A DNA stretch of 64,000 nt, taken from Octopus sinensis (taxonomy: Eukaryota). The notes beneath the pieces were generated by a model that had not been told where the DNA came from, did not search any database, and saw only the letters and a program-made list of their open reading frames with translations. This document shows positions 37,150 to 52,380 of the stretch, in pieces (positions within the stretch are counted from its first letter, which is position 1; every line of letters begins with the position of its first letter). Both the position numbers and the translations under genes were made by a program. The stretch is taken from positions 123,938,001-124,002,000 of the forward strand of contig NC_042997.1 of NCBI RefSeq assembly GCF_006345805.1, read 5' to 3'.

Positions 37150-38850
37150 TATGCGGCGAATATTTGGACAGGTATTCTCGTATTTAAACCGGCTTAAAAT
37201 CCATCCCCGATTCTGGGTTATCGGTTTAACGATTATGGTATCAAAACTATCCAATTGTTTATAGGGTAGAGCTCAATTTAGGATTTCTCATCTAATCTTG
37301 ATGAACGATCAGGTAAATATTTCATCAATGCTTCCTACTACAGCGATCTTTTCATTGGCGTATAGTTTCCCCATTTTACCGTTTCTTTTGTTTCAATGCT
37401 TCGAATATCTTGACAAGTTATTCTAATTACATAGCCGCACAACCCTGTATCCATTTAGTTTCGTAAAATCTTGCTGAGTCTCTCCACCCAGATTTTATAC
37501 CCCACACAAATATTTTTAGGTGAGGATAACGTTTGTTCAATAACGTATGAAAGTCCAAATATGAATACTCGAAATCTGAACTGTTCGGGAATATTTGCAG
37601 TAGTTTCGCTTTTTTGATGGCTGTCATTATGCTATACCGATCTTCAGTGGCAATGTTAGTGGTTACTGTTGGAAGATAAATAACGAAAGAGAGAAGCATA
37701 CTCTCATTGTAAAGAGTCTGATATTATTAAAGGAAATGGCTGTGCTGCATTTAGCTCTTCCTTTTAGTTAGAAGTGTGCACATTTAGCCAGCTGTTTCAC
37801 GTTCATTGAGTCACAGAAGCATTGTCGGTACTGTCAGAACAGGCAAGTGTGATGTACGGTGTATATATGATTGCCATTCAGATCAATAAAAGAAGCTATA
37901 TTTAGAAATATTCCTTTGGCATGACTACAGTTAGGAACAGTTTCCCTTCACCTGCTTCAGTTTCATCTACTGTTTTGAGAATAGTAAGAAGTAGGACGTC
38001 AATTGTTTCTTCCCTGTAATTTGCTGTCCCTATCACACCTTTAGAAATCAACATCTGCCTTACGTCCGGGTACCACAAGTATAACAATTTACACATTCTA
38101 CTCCCATATCTCGCCACTATTATTAAAATGAATGTAGCTGAAATCTATTAACTAAGCAGTATTTGTAAACAGCAGAAGTGTGTTCCTCCTTCTCTCTCTC
38201 GTTTTCCCTGTCCCTCTCCCCTCGCTCTCTTTCTCTCTCTTTCTCTTCCTCTTTCGCATCGTTCTAGCTTACTAATTATCCTTCTCTATATTCTCGTTCA
38301 AGCATTATATTTTGCTTCCACAGCGGAAACACACTGACGGGATGTACGTAGTTAACTGGAGAACGATCACACGATTTCAAATTCTTCAGCTGTGTACATC
38401 AAAGTTATCCGTCCTATCGTACGTTGAATCGGATAACACACTTAACCACACAGATACGCTTCCATTATTGCTATATAATCTTTGCAACTATCGAGATTGA
38501 TTTTCAGTTCCTGTTGCACACCTAGAAATATATTTCCCTATATCTTTAATAGTTCTTGTTTCATACTGACTTAGAATCCAATCATCACGTCTGTCTTTCG
38601 TTTCCTTTCTGTCAAATTATCTTCGTTTTGTATCATATGGATTTTTATAGATCTGATATTTCGTTCATTTATTTGCACAATTCTGGCCACGAAGCATAAA
38701 ATGTTCACGCTTCAGTTAATTATTTTTTGGCCTTTATAATTCTTTGTTTTAATTTGGAAGCTGTGTTAGTTTTGAAGGGATTTTCGTGTGACACCATCTA
38801 TTTAGACTCAAAGAAATACAGAATATATGATCCGATTTAACAATTTATGA
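37150..38850 (-). pseudogene. Decayed Toll-like receptor-like gene (LRRs, two Cys clusters, TM, TIR start)
   Basis: In order: LSLNR..KIPSKLTQLPN*.KEL; QLKNLKSCDRS..SVF; CVNCYTC..RCDRDSKLQGR; PNCSH..FIDLNGNHI; QCFCDS..LKGRAKCST; a hydrophobic stretch; DFEY..YVIEQTL..GYKIWV.RD. Many stops and frameshifts. Confidence 0.5.
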
Positions 38851-39499
38851 ATATACGAGAACATTGTTTTCACTTTCGTTTCTTTTAATTTTACTATCTA
38901 TTATAAATATCAAATGGTCTTGTCGAATTTATGTAGCTGAATTGTGACAGTGAGCAGTCGACAGAAGTGTAACAAAACTGTTTAACACTTCATGATGTAT
39001 AAAGTTATTAAGAAATAATCAAACGTTAATATAACACTTTGATTCGTTGCTATATGGCTAAAAATGATGATGTATTTATGCTACCGTTTGATATACATTA
39101 TTATTTCAATTTCGGTATACTTAATAGGGATCCCAGTTCACATCAGCTAGTATGTATTGCATAACTAAATTAATGACAAAATGCTACATTATAAAACATG
39201 TTTAACAAATATCAACTTTAGTGCAGCATGACAGTAAGTAGAACATAGTTGGCTTAACAGATGAAAATAAAAGTTATTGGCTTATGAATTCTCCTTCTAG
39301 GTATACTAATTTCATTAACACTCTCAGTACATTAAGATGACGTACAACAGTCAAATACTTAATAACCCTGAAAATTATGTTTGCTTTTTCCCACACAAAA
39401 CATATTATCTACATTTCTGAGAGATAAAGACGAATACAGAAATTGCAATTGCTTTTGAATAAAAACCACTGTAGAATTGGTGAAATACTGTTGTTTTTA

Positions 39500-40330
39500 T
39501 TTTCTTTAATAATATCGAGTCTGCCCGACCGATGAATGCCAAAGAAAAGAGTTTACAAGAGCTTTGAGTTTGATGTTGTAAATGTTCCGTTTAAATTGTT
39601 GCAAGTCTACACATGCAGGAAGTTCTGAGGAGGATCGAATTTCGTAAGAACATAAGTTCTGGCGAGAACAGACTGCACATGATCGTTAGTGCCAGACCTC
39701 TTTTGCTGGACACAAAAGGGGAACGTGTTATGTAAAGATGTGAGATTCCAGAATGTCTCAATTAGGTGAATTCTAAAGCGATTAGATAAAAGAAGGGCCT
39801 GTCTTTTTGGTGAGATCCAAACCTTGACAGGAGTGTGCTTTCCTTAGCGGAAATCCAGAGCCTTTCTATGTATTGACTCGCTTTTCTTCAAATTCAGTGT
39901 TGTGGGTGATAACGTTTTCTTGATGTGAGAAACGATTGTGTACTTTGCTGTTAAAGAGGTAGCAAACACCCAAAGAACCCGTTCATGGATTTGGTGCCCG
40001 TTTTACATGTAGTGTCTTAGGTTACTTATGGATGGTGCATAGTCCGATAACGCTGGAGATAATTGAAGGGTCATTTCATCTGCATAAATGTGGGAATATT
40101 TTCAAGTCTCGTTGTGTAGGTTGTTGATGTACAGATGTAAGAACGTGCAGAGAGGAAAAACCTGAACACTGGAACAGAGTTTATTAATAGCGGAATGGTA
40201 ACAGTTTCGTCAAACATGCCACAATAATCCAACATCATAAGAAACTAACTATTCATGAGATGAGAGGAGACCCTAACCAATTGGTGAGATGTTTTCATAG
40301 AAAATTCACTAGCCTAGTCCTCCTAACACC
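39500..40330 (-). mobile_element. Old LINE reverse transcriptase fragment (CR1/Jockey group)
   Basis: Frameshifted INSVP..LYINNL..HIYADEMTL, corresponding to GVPQGS..YINDL..YADD. Confidence 0.6.
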
Positions 40331-42943
40331 TGTAGTGTGTAAAACACTAGTGCGTAAAACAGGTAAGTTGATCTTCGAATGATCTTACACTACCGAAACA
40401 ACACAGGGTGTCATATATGAAATATTTTACGAGTACATGATTTCGAAAGGTCATTGCCTTAAAAATGTTAGAAGCGAAGGCCAAAGAGTTATAGCTCGGT
40501 CATTATTGCGAATGGGACATAAAGCTTACATCCAAATACGGAGATATATCTCAGTACAATAAAAACTAAGACTGATGCAGATAAACAGAAGAAGTAGCAA
40601 TTAAATGTGCTTGGAACATTTTGGTAAAATTACAGTAATAAACGCTATGGGTTATATATATTTACACGTGCATATGTAGGTATAAGTTTAGCGTTTTGTA
40701 CTTATTAAAACAAGGTATATCTCTAAACTGAAAATGTTGTTGTATCAATACAATTTAGCATGAAAACCATATCTGCAGTTGAGATTTTCTTGTGTCTGTC
40801 TGCTTTCTACAAATATATGTTAAATGACTTCCATTTTCCATCTAAAGTTTTAAGCTAAACTAGATGAAATATGAATAGTTTAATCTTCATGTATCTAAAA
40901 TCAGATTATGTGTAACATTTAAACAATGAAATGACAGTGATAACATATTATCTCACATGGAAAAATGGGAGCATGAGAAATAATATACTTAAGATGGAAA
41001 AGTTCAGGACAAGTTATAACTTCTGGTAAAGTACAGAACAAAACAAATTTTACTGAAAATGTTGCAGCTAAGGATGAAATTTCAAATAAAATATTTAGAT
41101 TTAGAAAATGTTACCTTTTATTAAAACCAACAATTTTGTGCTAATTAATAATGTGTCAATTGTGTCAATTAGCGGTGTCGTGGATATTTTTTTCCTTGCG
41201 TCAATGAGGCCGGTGACATATATTAAATGTCCACCTATAGAACTATATTCATAAAAAACGTATAGAATTTGAGAAATAAACACTCATAACTTCTTTATTT
41301 TCAAATTTCGTTGTACGTGATTGATGCTATACATTTACTCGAAATGAGTTCCATCATTTAAACTTAATTGAAATATAGTTTGTTTTTAAAATAAAAATGT
41401 TAATTATACTTAAATCCAGTATTTTGCCTTATATTTTCTTTTGATTTTTTACCTCACAACATTTTTGATACAAAGTTTTGATGTATGGGATCAAAACTAT
41501 GAAATTCTTCATGCTTTCGTCTATCATTCAGGCTGATATAAATATATTTTGCTTTAAAAATAAAAATGTTTTTCAGATCTAAACTTGATTGGTGGCGTTA
41601 CTTACTCTCCTGTAACGTTGCTACAAAGTTTGACGTAAACATTTTTCTGTTGGACAAAATCTGAATTTTGCTTGTACCAAAATGTAGCTAGGGACTAGTC
41701 CTCTTCCAAAATATTTACAGTTTGGTTAAGATCCTGAATTAGTGACAAGCTCTAAAAGGTGTTGCCTGTGAATAAATTGCGGCCTTAAAAATATTATTCA
41801 ACTACTACTATAGTTGAATGATTGCGCTGCTCACCATCAGTTTTAGATTACATGCGCGACAACTTATCACTTTGTATTTCTCTTTTTAATTTTACCAAAT
41901 GATAAATCTCTTTAGCAAATGCGTCAAAATTATAGCATTCGTAATTATAGCATTTGTAAAAGGGTTGAGTTTATTGTAAAATACAAATTAAAGTAAAGAG
42001 GCACAGTCCACATTAGATCTTAACATTGAAATAAGAAGACTCTATGTTTTCTAGGATTCCATTCGTTAGATAAATGCATATACTACACAGTGAGCTATCT
42101 GAATTAGCAAATCTGTAGCTATTTAAACACACAAAATCTGTACCATTTGTATATAGCTTATATATATTATACGAATACTAAAAATATGTTTTTATCAAGA
42201 ATGGTCAAATAAATTTTGTCATAAACTACTATATTCAACGTCTAAACTGCTTTATTTGAGCAAGTGAATACATATATGCATTTGTTTTGAATAATTTCAG
42301 AAATAAATACTTAATTTCTAAATGTTATGCTTCAAAAGTCTCCACTAATCACCATAGCCTACAAAATATCTCCAAGATAGATTGAGTTGGTATAAAAGAA
42401 ATTTACAGAAAAAAGAAAATCTCGATTTTCGATTACCATATAAAACAATGATATGATGAAGGAGATAAATATCTCCCGTAACATAACATTTAATGCTATA
42501 TATGATAGAAATAACGATCCATAGATATTTGCAATGCCTTGGAAACATAGAGGAAGATATTTTCGCAAAACTTCTGTTGAATAAATACAACTTACAGCAG
42601 ATTTCTCCAAATATCCACAAAAATTCACATGAGTATCTTGATATACATACACACATACACATATATATATATATTTGTATGCATACATATATACATGCAT
42701 AAATAGATACATGCAGGCATACATACAGAGCAATATATATATATATACATACATTCATACATATATATATACATATATAGAGTCAGATAGATAAATGGGG
42801 AGATTTAGATATAAGTATGTATTTACGTATGTGTATGTAAACATTCGTATTTCTGCATGTGCATGTAGTTATGTGTTAATACGTATGCATGCACTTCTCT
42901 GGAAAAACTTTTAGTATCACAACTATTTCTGATAATAATAATA

Positions 42944-42980
<37 letters not shown>

Positions 42981-43356
42981 GTAATATGAAAAAGAAAACA
43001 CGAAATAATGAGCAATAAATGCGGAATATATAAGTAGACGAGAGCGAAAGGAAATTGTTTTCTTTTAGGAAGAAGAAAATCTTATAATCTCTTTTTGCCT
43101 CTGGATTTTTCTTGTTTCATTATATATTTGCGACACGAACCTGTGCTCAAAAGAATGAATTGATTAGTTTAAGGCTAAACATGCATAAAAGGGAGAAATA
43201 CATTGAAAAGAACAAGAAACAGGATAAAATACCCTGCACATAGAGAAGAACATTGGAATAATTTCAGAGAGAAAACACTAAAAACCAAAAAAAGGGACAA
43301 TTATGTCGTCAGAATACTTACGCTGCTTCAGGGTATATGCGTGTATGTGGTGAAGA

Positions 43357-43476
<120 letters not shown>

Positions 43477-43509
43477 GTATGTATGTATGTATGTATATAT
43501 ATATATATA

Positions 43510-43548
<39 letters not shown>

Positions 43549-44289
43549 CATTTAAATATATGTGTGTGTGTAACTATGTGTGTATATGTATGTATATATC
43601 TGTAATTGTACATTCATATGTGTATGCCTCTCTCTATATATATGTATATATGTGTGTCGGTATCTATTAAAGTATGTATATATAGATATGTATGTTGGAC
43701 ATGTAACCTGAGAAAATATATTCTGAATCGTGGAAAGAATGGAGTGTAGTGAAACTACAGTTTTTGTCTGAGATTATTTCTTGAAGTCTTTCTATGCGTC
43801 TCTTTATGAAAGAATGAAATATTCCTCCGAGGGTTGCTAACTATGCCTAGTGAATTGTCCATTCTTATCACGGCCAGGTAACTTCAAAAGCCTTATCCCA
43901 TCGTGTTCTACATTAGCAATACTTCTTTCGATTTACCAAAATTTATTCCACTGCAATTCCCTATAGATATATTACAGCTTGGAATGCGACAGTGTAGAGG
44001 AGAAAGAGTATAAGTTTAAGAAATTTCAGTTCTTTCTCATATAAAAAAAAGAGACAGCTACTCTGTCATGTTTCATAATCATCGTCGATACAAAGTAAAG
44101 AAAATGATAAATGAGATAAACACTTACCATATATTTTCTCCCTTCAATGCAACAATATTCATAGCAAGAATTATTCGGTTACTTATAATATTGAATACAT
44201 ACATACACCTATACAATTAAGTGCATAAAAAGGCACAAGCACAACGCAATGCACATTGATACATTCATTCGTTCGTACGTTCGTCAGTC

Positions 44290-44488
44290 ATATATATAGA
44301 TAGATAGATAGTTAGATAGATAGATAATTAGACAGATAGATACATAGATAGATAGATAGATAGATATAGATAGATAGATAGATAGATGGATAGATAGATA
44401 AATAGATAGATAGATAGATAGATAGAAAGATAGATAGATAGATGATAGATAGATAGATAGATGGATAGATAGATAGATAGTTAGATGT

Positions 44489-44546
<58 letters not shown>

Positions 44547-44585
44547 TAGATAGATAGATAGATAGATAGATAGACAGACAGGTAT
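44290..44585. repeat. (GATA)n microsatellite
   Basis: Visible in the sequence. Confidence 0.95.
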
Positions 44586-44783
44586 AAGTAGATATATGTA
44601 TGTACGTATATCATGGACATGAGTGAAAATGATGAGCAAAGAACAGTAATATACGAGTGAAGAAAAATATATGCAGTGCGTGTGTTTATTTGGCGAAAAC
44701 AATTAAAATACAACAATATATATCAGAAATATTAAATTTCTAAATATCTCATAGAAATATGTACGGTGGTGGGGCGATATAGT

Positions 44784-44975
44784 GGTTGTATACTGTCAAC
44801 TTAACGTGACAGTAAGGGAATTACACCACCGCTGTTTAGCCCTAGGAAGTATCGACGCTTCCTATCGGCCTCACAGGAAATGTGTCGAGGTCGACAGGAA
44901 CCGTCGATGCTTCCTAGGGCTAAACAGCGGTGGTGTAATTCCCTTACTGTTACGTTAAGTTGACAGTATACAACC
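44784..44975. repeat. 192-bp near-perfect hairpin (74-bp arms plus structured spacer)
   Basis: 44784-44857 pairs with 44902-44975 with 2 mismatches; inner TTCCT/AGGAA and TCGGCCTC/GAGGTCGA extend the stem. Confidence 0.95.
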
Positions 44976-45052
<77 letters not shown>

Positions 45053-45104
45053 AAATGTAATGGGAATGCAGAGACATGTATACATATATAGAAAGAGGGG
45101 GAGA

Positions 45105-45112
45105 TAGATAGT

Positions 45113-45148
<36 letters not shown>

Positions 45149-45200
45149 AAGATAGATAGATAGATAGATATATAGATAGATAGATAGAGAGAGAGAGGTT

Positions 45201-45271
<71 letters not shown>

Positions 45272-45310
45272 GGACGGACGGACGGATGGACGGACGGACA
45301 GACAGACAGA
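45105..45310. repeat. (GATA)n/(GACA)n/(GACG)n compound microsatellite
   Basis: Visible in the sequence. Confidence 0.95.
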
Positions 45311-45749
45311 AAAATAAAGAAAAAAATAGATAGATAGTTAGAGAGATATATCGAAACCTAATCATATAGCATTTCATGTATTTCAAGTATTCATGTATCA
45401 ACAAATATATTTATTACTAGTATATAGCAAAAAACTTGAACCATGTGAAATACCCAAAGCAACAAATGCTTGGCAAAATTAAAAACACATAATTGAGATG
45501 TGCAGTGAAGATTTCTATATATATTCATGCATGCCTTACAAACATACCGAGATATCTTCTGAATATATGAATTAAAATTTCTCATATAAGGCCGTTATAT
45601 ATATGTTCATATTCAGTTAATAGGAATTTTTTCCCCGACTCTTAACAATATTATCAACGGAAGAATATAATGCCATTTTATTCATATATATATTTTTTTT
45701 TTTTTTACTATCTGGCGGTATGACTTTTTTATATTCCTTCCTGCAATAT

Positions 45750-46060
45750 TTTCAATTAGCATTTTCCAATATTTTAAACCTATAAAATTCTAAAACATAT
45801 TGATTTTTTTTCAATCATATTCCTGGAATGGATTACAAATCAACATCTCTGGATATTATTATTGCGGATATTAAATTTGGAGGAAATAAATAAAGAATAT
45901 TCATTCGCTGATCAAGTGTCATTTGATTATTAGCCTGGTATTTTAGGCTTAGGACTCTGAGCTCTCCATCCACAAATCAGCAAACAACTGTTATTTCTGC
46001 GAACTATTACCGTTAAATTGGTGTACAGGTCATATCTTCTAATTAATATCTGCGCTGAAT
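45750..46060 (+). pseudogene. Possible LRR plus LRRCT remnant
   Basis: SIFQYFKPIKF*NI..DIKFGGNK*RI..ANNCYFCELLPLNWC, all in one frame with stops. Confidence 0.3.
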
Positions 46061-46958
46061 TTTGAATCACACCTTTCTACATAATTAAGTTATTTTTGGT
46101 ATTGACTTTTTTGTGGGGAGGGAGGTTAAATGAAATATAATAATTCAGACTTCATTGCTGTAAAGACAGTCAGGATTAAAATAGGTAAGGTGCAATTTGG
46201 ACGATTCGTTGCCGATTTTACTAGCTATTCAATCAACTTGGTAGAGTGCTCCATTTACGTGCAAGTGCTTATTGTTAAGTCCTAGGTTTAATCCTTAATG
46301 GGCAACGCTTATTAACACTTTGACCGAACATTTGAACAGATAGAAAATTGCGTTACAAGCCCTTCGCAATTTTACAAAGAAAATAGTTTTAGATTAAAGA
46401 GATCTGGTAATTGTTAGTATGTTCATAACTTTGCATTACCTCATTCGAAAGAATCAATAATGAACATATTGTCAAATTCCATAAAATTTTCTGAGGTTAT
46501 ATTATATGATTTCTACTTGAATATATTTTCTACAGCGATTTCACCTGCTCATAGTTTCAAATTTCATATTTTATTTAGTGATTCATTTATTTATCGTTTG
46601 TTATTATTTGTAATCTCAATCAGGAATATACACATGAGCTTTCTAACCTTCTCAGTCTGTACACCTCTCTAACCAAAGGAAAATATAACACTTCTCCAGT
46701 AATATTTTTACTCATTTATCTCTAAAATATTTTTTATCCATTTCATATTTGTCAGTTCTATATCGCATACATAAAAATTAAATCACATGCACTTTATGAA
46801 AATTTTATGTGCACATAAACAGACTCCAGAATCGTATTGTATTTCCCAATATAAGGTCCCATAACAATAAATATTGTCACATATATTATGATATAACTTC
46901 TAAAGTGCTGCATTTAGACATGTGCGTACGTATGATTCATTAACTGTTACATTAAGCT

Positions 46959-47040
<82 letters not shown>

Positions 47041-47905
47041 TTTTTCTGCTTTTAATAATCAATCATCTACCACTTGACTGTAAGAATACTTTCAGTTTGT
47101 GAGCAATATTGCTCATACAATTATGAACCATTTGAGACGGTTGCAAAATAGACATTTCATTAAATAATATAAAAGAATGATTCAAAGCCAAATGTGTCTC
47201 GTTCAATGGATATGTAAAATCTGTAGATTTCTAAAGGGTGGACTTAGAGGGCAACGGTATTTCTGATAATGCATGTGTCTTCAAGGCGTATATCATGTTC
47301 CTCTTTGAACAAAAGTAATTAAGCATGTTCGAAGTTAATATCATCCATGCATGAAATGATATGACCATGAAAAAGTTCATTTTAAAATAAGCTTATACCG
47401 ACTCGATCTCTTAAGATACCTTCGTATCATACGATTTCAATAAGCGACAATGTCTTTTGTTATAGGTTGGTCGACTGTTCAATATGATTATTGATTTTAA
47501 TCATATTAAGCAACTATTTGGAAGGATTTAGAAATAAAAAGTTGTATTTGTCTTCAGTCCCGATACGTAACCTCGTAAATGGAATAGCCCTTCACATGTT
47601 TAACACTACAACTACATATATAAGATTATGCTTCTTCCATATTTAATTTGATGTGTATCACTCTAGACAAGAAAATTATATATTTCTTGCAAAGAGTGTT
47701 GAGCCGAGATTGTTGCAAGCCCTTAGAGAAATAGCAAACATAAAACGAGTAGATATATCATATTTCTATACTTAAGATTGCTATATATGTTTTCTTTTTA
47801 TTCCATTTGAAATGATGGTTTTGCCCAGAGTTCCCAAATTTTACTAGAAATTTCCTTCTAACACACAAAACCAGAATAGGGGAGAGCACGTTATACAGCA
47901 GTGCC

Positions 47906-47981
<76 letters not shown>

Positions 47982-47984
47982 ATG

Positions 47985-48510
47985 ATTTTTATTCAAATCA
48001 TGTGGTACACATTTGTCGAGGTTTTTGGATTTTCGGTTCGGGTGCAAATGATTGCAGGCAGTTTTCTGGCTGACTTGAAGTCTTTTGCCAGTTCTCGAGT
48101 GGTTTTACGTGGATCTTTCTCAATGACAGTTTTTCATTGATCGTCATTGATGACAGATGGGCGTCTACTACGCTCACAATCTTCAAGGCTCAATCGCTTA
48201 AATTATTTTCGAGCTGACCGCTCACTGGTCATTTCATCATCAAATGTTTCGTTAATATCGCGAGCAGTTTCAGCTGCTTTACGTCCTTTTTTGAAGTTGA
48301 ATAGCAAAATTGCTCGAATATCGCGCTTTGACAGTTCTATTGGAGATGATTGTAACAACGGTGAAAAACATATCAATGTTAATTTATTGATGCGTTTGTG
48401 CAAGTCTTATCAGATAATTTCAAGAATATGTTTTAAAAAATCAGAACTTTTCAAAACTCCGCTACAAATATTTCATGGTTCAAAACGTTGCTTACTTTTT
48501 ACTCATCATC
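47985..48510 (-). mobile_element. Mariner 5' fragment (second family)
   Basis: IRAILLFNFKKGRKAAETARDINETF..ERSARK*FKRLSLEDCERSRRPSVINDDQ; a degenerate TIR near 48490-48510. Confidence 0.85.
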
Positions 48511-49901
48511 ATTATACAGTATATATGTGTGTGTGTGTGAATATGTGCATGTGTGTTTGCATGTGAACGGGCGTGTGTACGTGTGTTGTTTGCATTTGTA
48601 TCAGTATGTGTGCTAATATGTGTGTGTTTGCGTTTCTTTGCTTGTGTGCGCGGGTATGTGTATGTGTGTGAGTACTCTTCATAATCTATTCCGGCATGGA
48701 GGACTTTGTGATTACATGTGCATACTAAGGTGTCTCATCTTCAGGTGATAGAGTTTCACAGCAAATATAGTTAGGTTGATTGTTAGTAGATATATGATTT
48801 TGTTTAGTCGTTGTGGAAATTTTGGACTTAGTAAACAAAATAGATAAAATTGATGCTACATTCTCTAAACATATATGGGCATTAAAGCCATGATGTACAC
48901 CACTTATTATTGATTAGAAAATATTGTCACACACACATCCATATGATTATAACAACAAACCCTGCGAACTGTGTTCTCAATGAATTAGGTTATTTTCTAA
49001 CAGCTAAACATGAAAATACTTCAGCAAGTCCTACATATTACACGTAACAATTGATATCATAAATCTACACGAAACAAGTCCTGCCGAAAGTATTTGTCCT
49101 CACATACATTTATAGAAGGGGAATAGAGGAATAACCTGGTTAAGAATTTCTAAAATACATATTTAATTAAGTCCAAAATATATATTATATAATACATAGG
49201 TTTCAAACCGAACTATGGAGATGTTTGTAAAGCAAATCCTACAAAGTTCACATCCATAAACACAAAGGTTAATATTTCTAAATAGTAATCAAATAATTTA
49301 CTTATCAATGATAATCTAAAGACAATTAAGCTGGCCAACAGCATTTTCATCTGCCTCGATTTTCTTGGGCACATTAAAACTTTAGATTAACAAATTAACC
49401 ATATTAATACTACTTAGATATAATTGATAACGATGAATTTGAAACTAACCACCTACATACATTCTTTTATAAACCCTTAAAATTATCCTTTATCTAAAAT
49501 CTGACCCACCTAATAAACCAAATTATAAAGTTTTAAATACTGGACTGAACTCTGAGATGTAACCTATACATTCTCAAAGCAAAAGATTAAATACCTTTTA
49601 AATATTTAAATAAAACCAGCATGATAACCAAGTTTAGTATCTGCTGACCCTAACTGCATTCTATCATGAAGGTCTGTGATCTGAAGATGACACATCTAAA
49701 TATGCACATCTAATTATAAAATTCTACATGCATAAATCGATTATAATCAATTGCACCTACCTAAATATATTGAATAAATCGATCGCTTTCATAACACATT
49801 GCCATCACAACCCGTGATACAATCTAATTCTTATTCAACAGTTTTCGGGTTGTTCCAGGTGTGTATCTGTTTATATATGTGTGTGTGCGTGTTTATATAT
49901 G

Positions 49902-50017
<116 letters not shown>

Positions 50018-52003
50018 CATACATATATATACAAGGTTTAGGGAATGGAGTAGATAAGATTCGGGCTATGAAGCTTCCATGTGTCAACATGTACGTCTTT
50101 GAAACAATGTAGACTTTCATTTAATCAAGTTATCCTTGGCCTGGAGAATTGCCTGCAGTATACACTTCGCTTGGATATATACTACTTCTGAAGCTCTGCT
50201 CACAATGATACATGTATCCTGGATCTTATATTTACACAAACACACACGCACACGACCCCTCCATATATATATATACATGTATAGTATTCGTGAGGTTACT
50301 TGAGTATTTTTACTTTGTAGTTTGACTCCAGATTGGTGTTTCCTTTGTATGTGCGTTATTCATTACCTTGGTATGGTTATCGTTATAAAAAAGGTTACAG
50401 GTGCAACATTTAAAAAAATTACGCCGAAAGGTAATCATTGCGTCGAAGCCTAACTAGGTGTGTTGGTACTAATTTAACCAGATGTGACAAAAGAATATGT
50501 ACCATTCATTACACATGATTTGAAAGATAGACGATAGATTTCAAAGCCAATGAACATTACTGGCGCAGTAATCAAGAGATAAGAGAATTACTCTTGACAT
50601 TTTGATTAATAATATTTAGAGAAATGATCTTAATACAAGATGTCTTTGAATTTTCTCAGTATGTTTACAAAATATTTGTTGTTTGTTTAGAAACAATTTA
50701 TTTTACATTCCTTTGTTATCTGTTTTGCTGGAGTGCTTCTTTACTTACCTCATGCTTTTCAAATTCATTTCAAAATATTGTTGACAAATGTTTTTTTTTT
50801 TTTTAAATCTATAAGATACGAATTTATAAATGATAATACAGATAATACAGGAACCAGTGTGATAGAAACTGAGAGCGAGAAAGAAGCAAACTTCCATTTT
50901 GAATTTCGAAAAAAATATTTTCAAATGCCTTTGCCAACGACATTTGGATATAATGACATCCACTTAACCTGTATGTCCAGATTTCACTACAGCTAAAGTT
51001 TTTAGTTACTTCTGTAGACACAATCAAACCTAAGAGTCCTCTTACCCCTCACTCTTGGAAAAATGTTATATCTAGAATGTGACAGCGGGATAGAGAGAGG
51101 ACAAAAGCAGCTAGACTTTGGCCTCGTGATTAGTACGATCTGGTTAGATTTGTGGATCAATCTGGTACCGGACAACGATTCTGGATTATTTTTTCCTGTT
51201 TTTTTTTTTTACTTAAATTTTGAGAGCTGTTGGGCTCATTTTTAGTACTCTCCTTTGTGAGAGCAGTCGAGTTTATTTTAGATATTCTCATTCTAAATAT
51301 CATCTCTGGCTAGTCGTTGAGAGGACGTTGATGTCGTCTTGGCGGATGTTTGCGCTCTCTGAGTGCTCTCGCTTTTTATTTATTTATTTTTCTTTTTTCT
51401 TTTCCTGGTCAAAGAAAACTCGAACTTGAAAATCCTATCCTAGTTTCCAGGTAACTCCATTTAGAAATATGTTGCTTTACGTGCCCATCCTTTTAAGGAC
51501 AATGAGATTTGAGGAAGAGTTCGCTGCTATATCTGATATGCCAGTGGTTAAATAACAATAAGTTTCACTAGTTTTACACCTTTTGTCTTCAAGGTATTGT
51601 GCTACACATTTTTTTACTTTATCTTTATCTGTAATTTTTTTAAAGTTTAAGAAAGAAAAACAGTTTATTTAATGAATAAATTGAGAAAAATCCAAATGAT
51701 GTTACAGAAAATCACGCTGCAAAATCCTGTAGTTGACTAATTATAAAGGTAGCAGACAATGATGTAATTATTTTAACGAAGCACAAAATTTTAATTGGGG
51801 AGCCAAAAAAGTAATATTGTTTCAAAAGAACAAACAGGTATATTGAGAAAAATATAGCACCGACACCTGCTGATTTCGCATTTTAATCAAGATTGTGTGA
51901 TTTTGAAAACCGGCTGAAAACTATGACGTGAAAATTATCAAAGCTGAACATGTTTGGTGCATTTGAATATTACTTGAATCTCTCTTTCTGTCGCTCTGTC
52001 TCA

Positions 52004-52041
<38 letters not shown>

Positions 52042-52338
52042 CTGCATGTGAGGAAATTATATCTCTTCTATTTATCGAATCAATACTGTTTCTTAAAAAG
52101 AGATTATCCATATGCCGAGATTGCTGGTGTATGTTGATATGCTACGTCTGTTTTATGAAACTCATTAAATTTATGCATGAATATTAAAACTCAATCGTTT
52201 GATTTGCATTTACTTCACCGCTATGCTTGCTCTATATCTGCAGAAAAATATTAATTTTGACTGTGAATTCACCGTGAGAGCTGTTGGAAAAATAGAGCTG
52301 TCTTCCCTCAGTTGCGTAGGCTGCTACCATTCACTGAA

Positions 52339-52374
<36 letters not shown>

Positions 52375-52380
<6 letters not shown>

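Noticed and set aside
43280-43335. CTGACGA and CTGAAGC on the minus strand as a ribozyme remnant
   Set aside because: No GAAA or stems in the required geometry.
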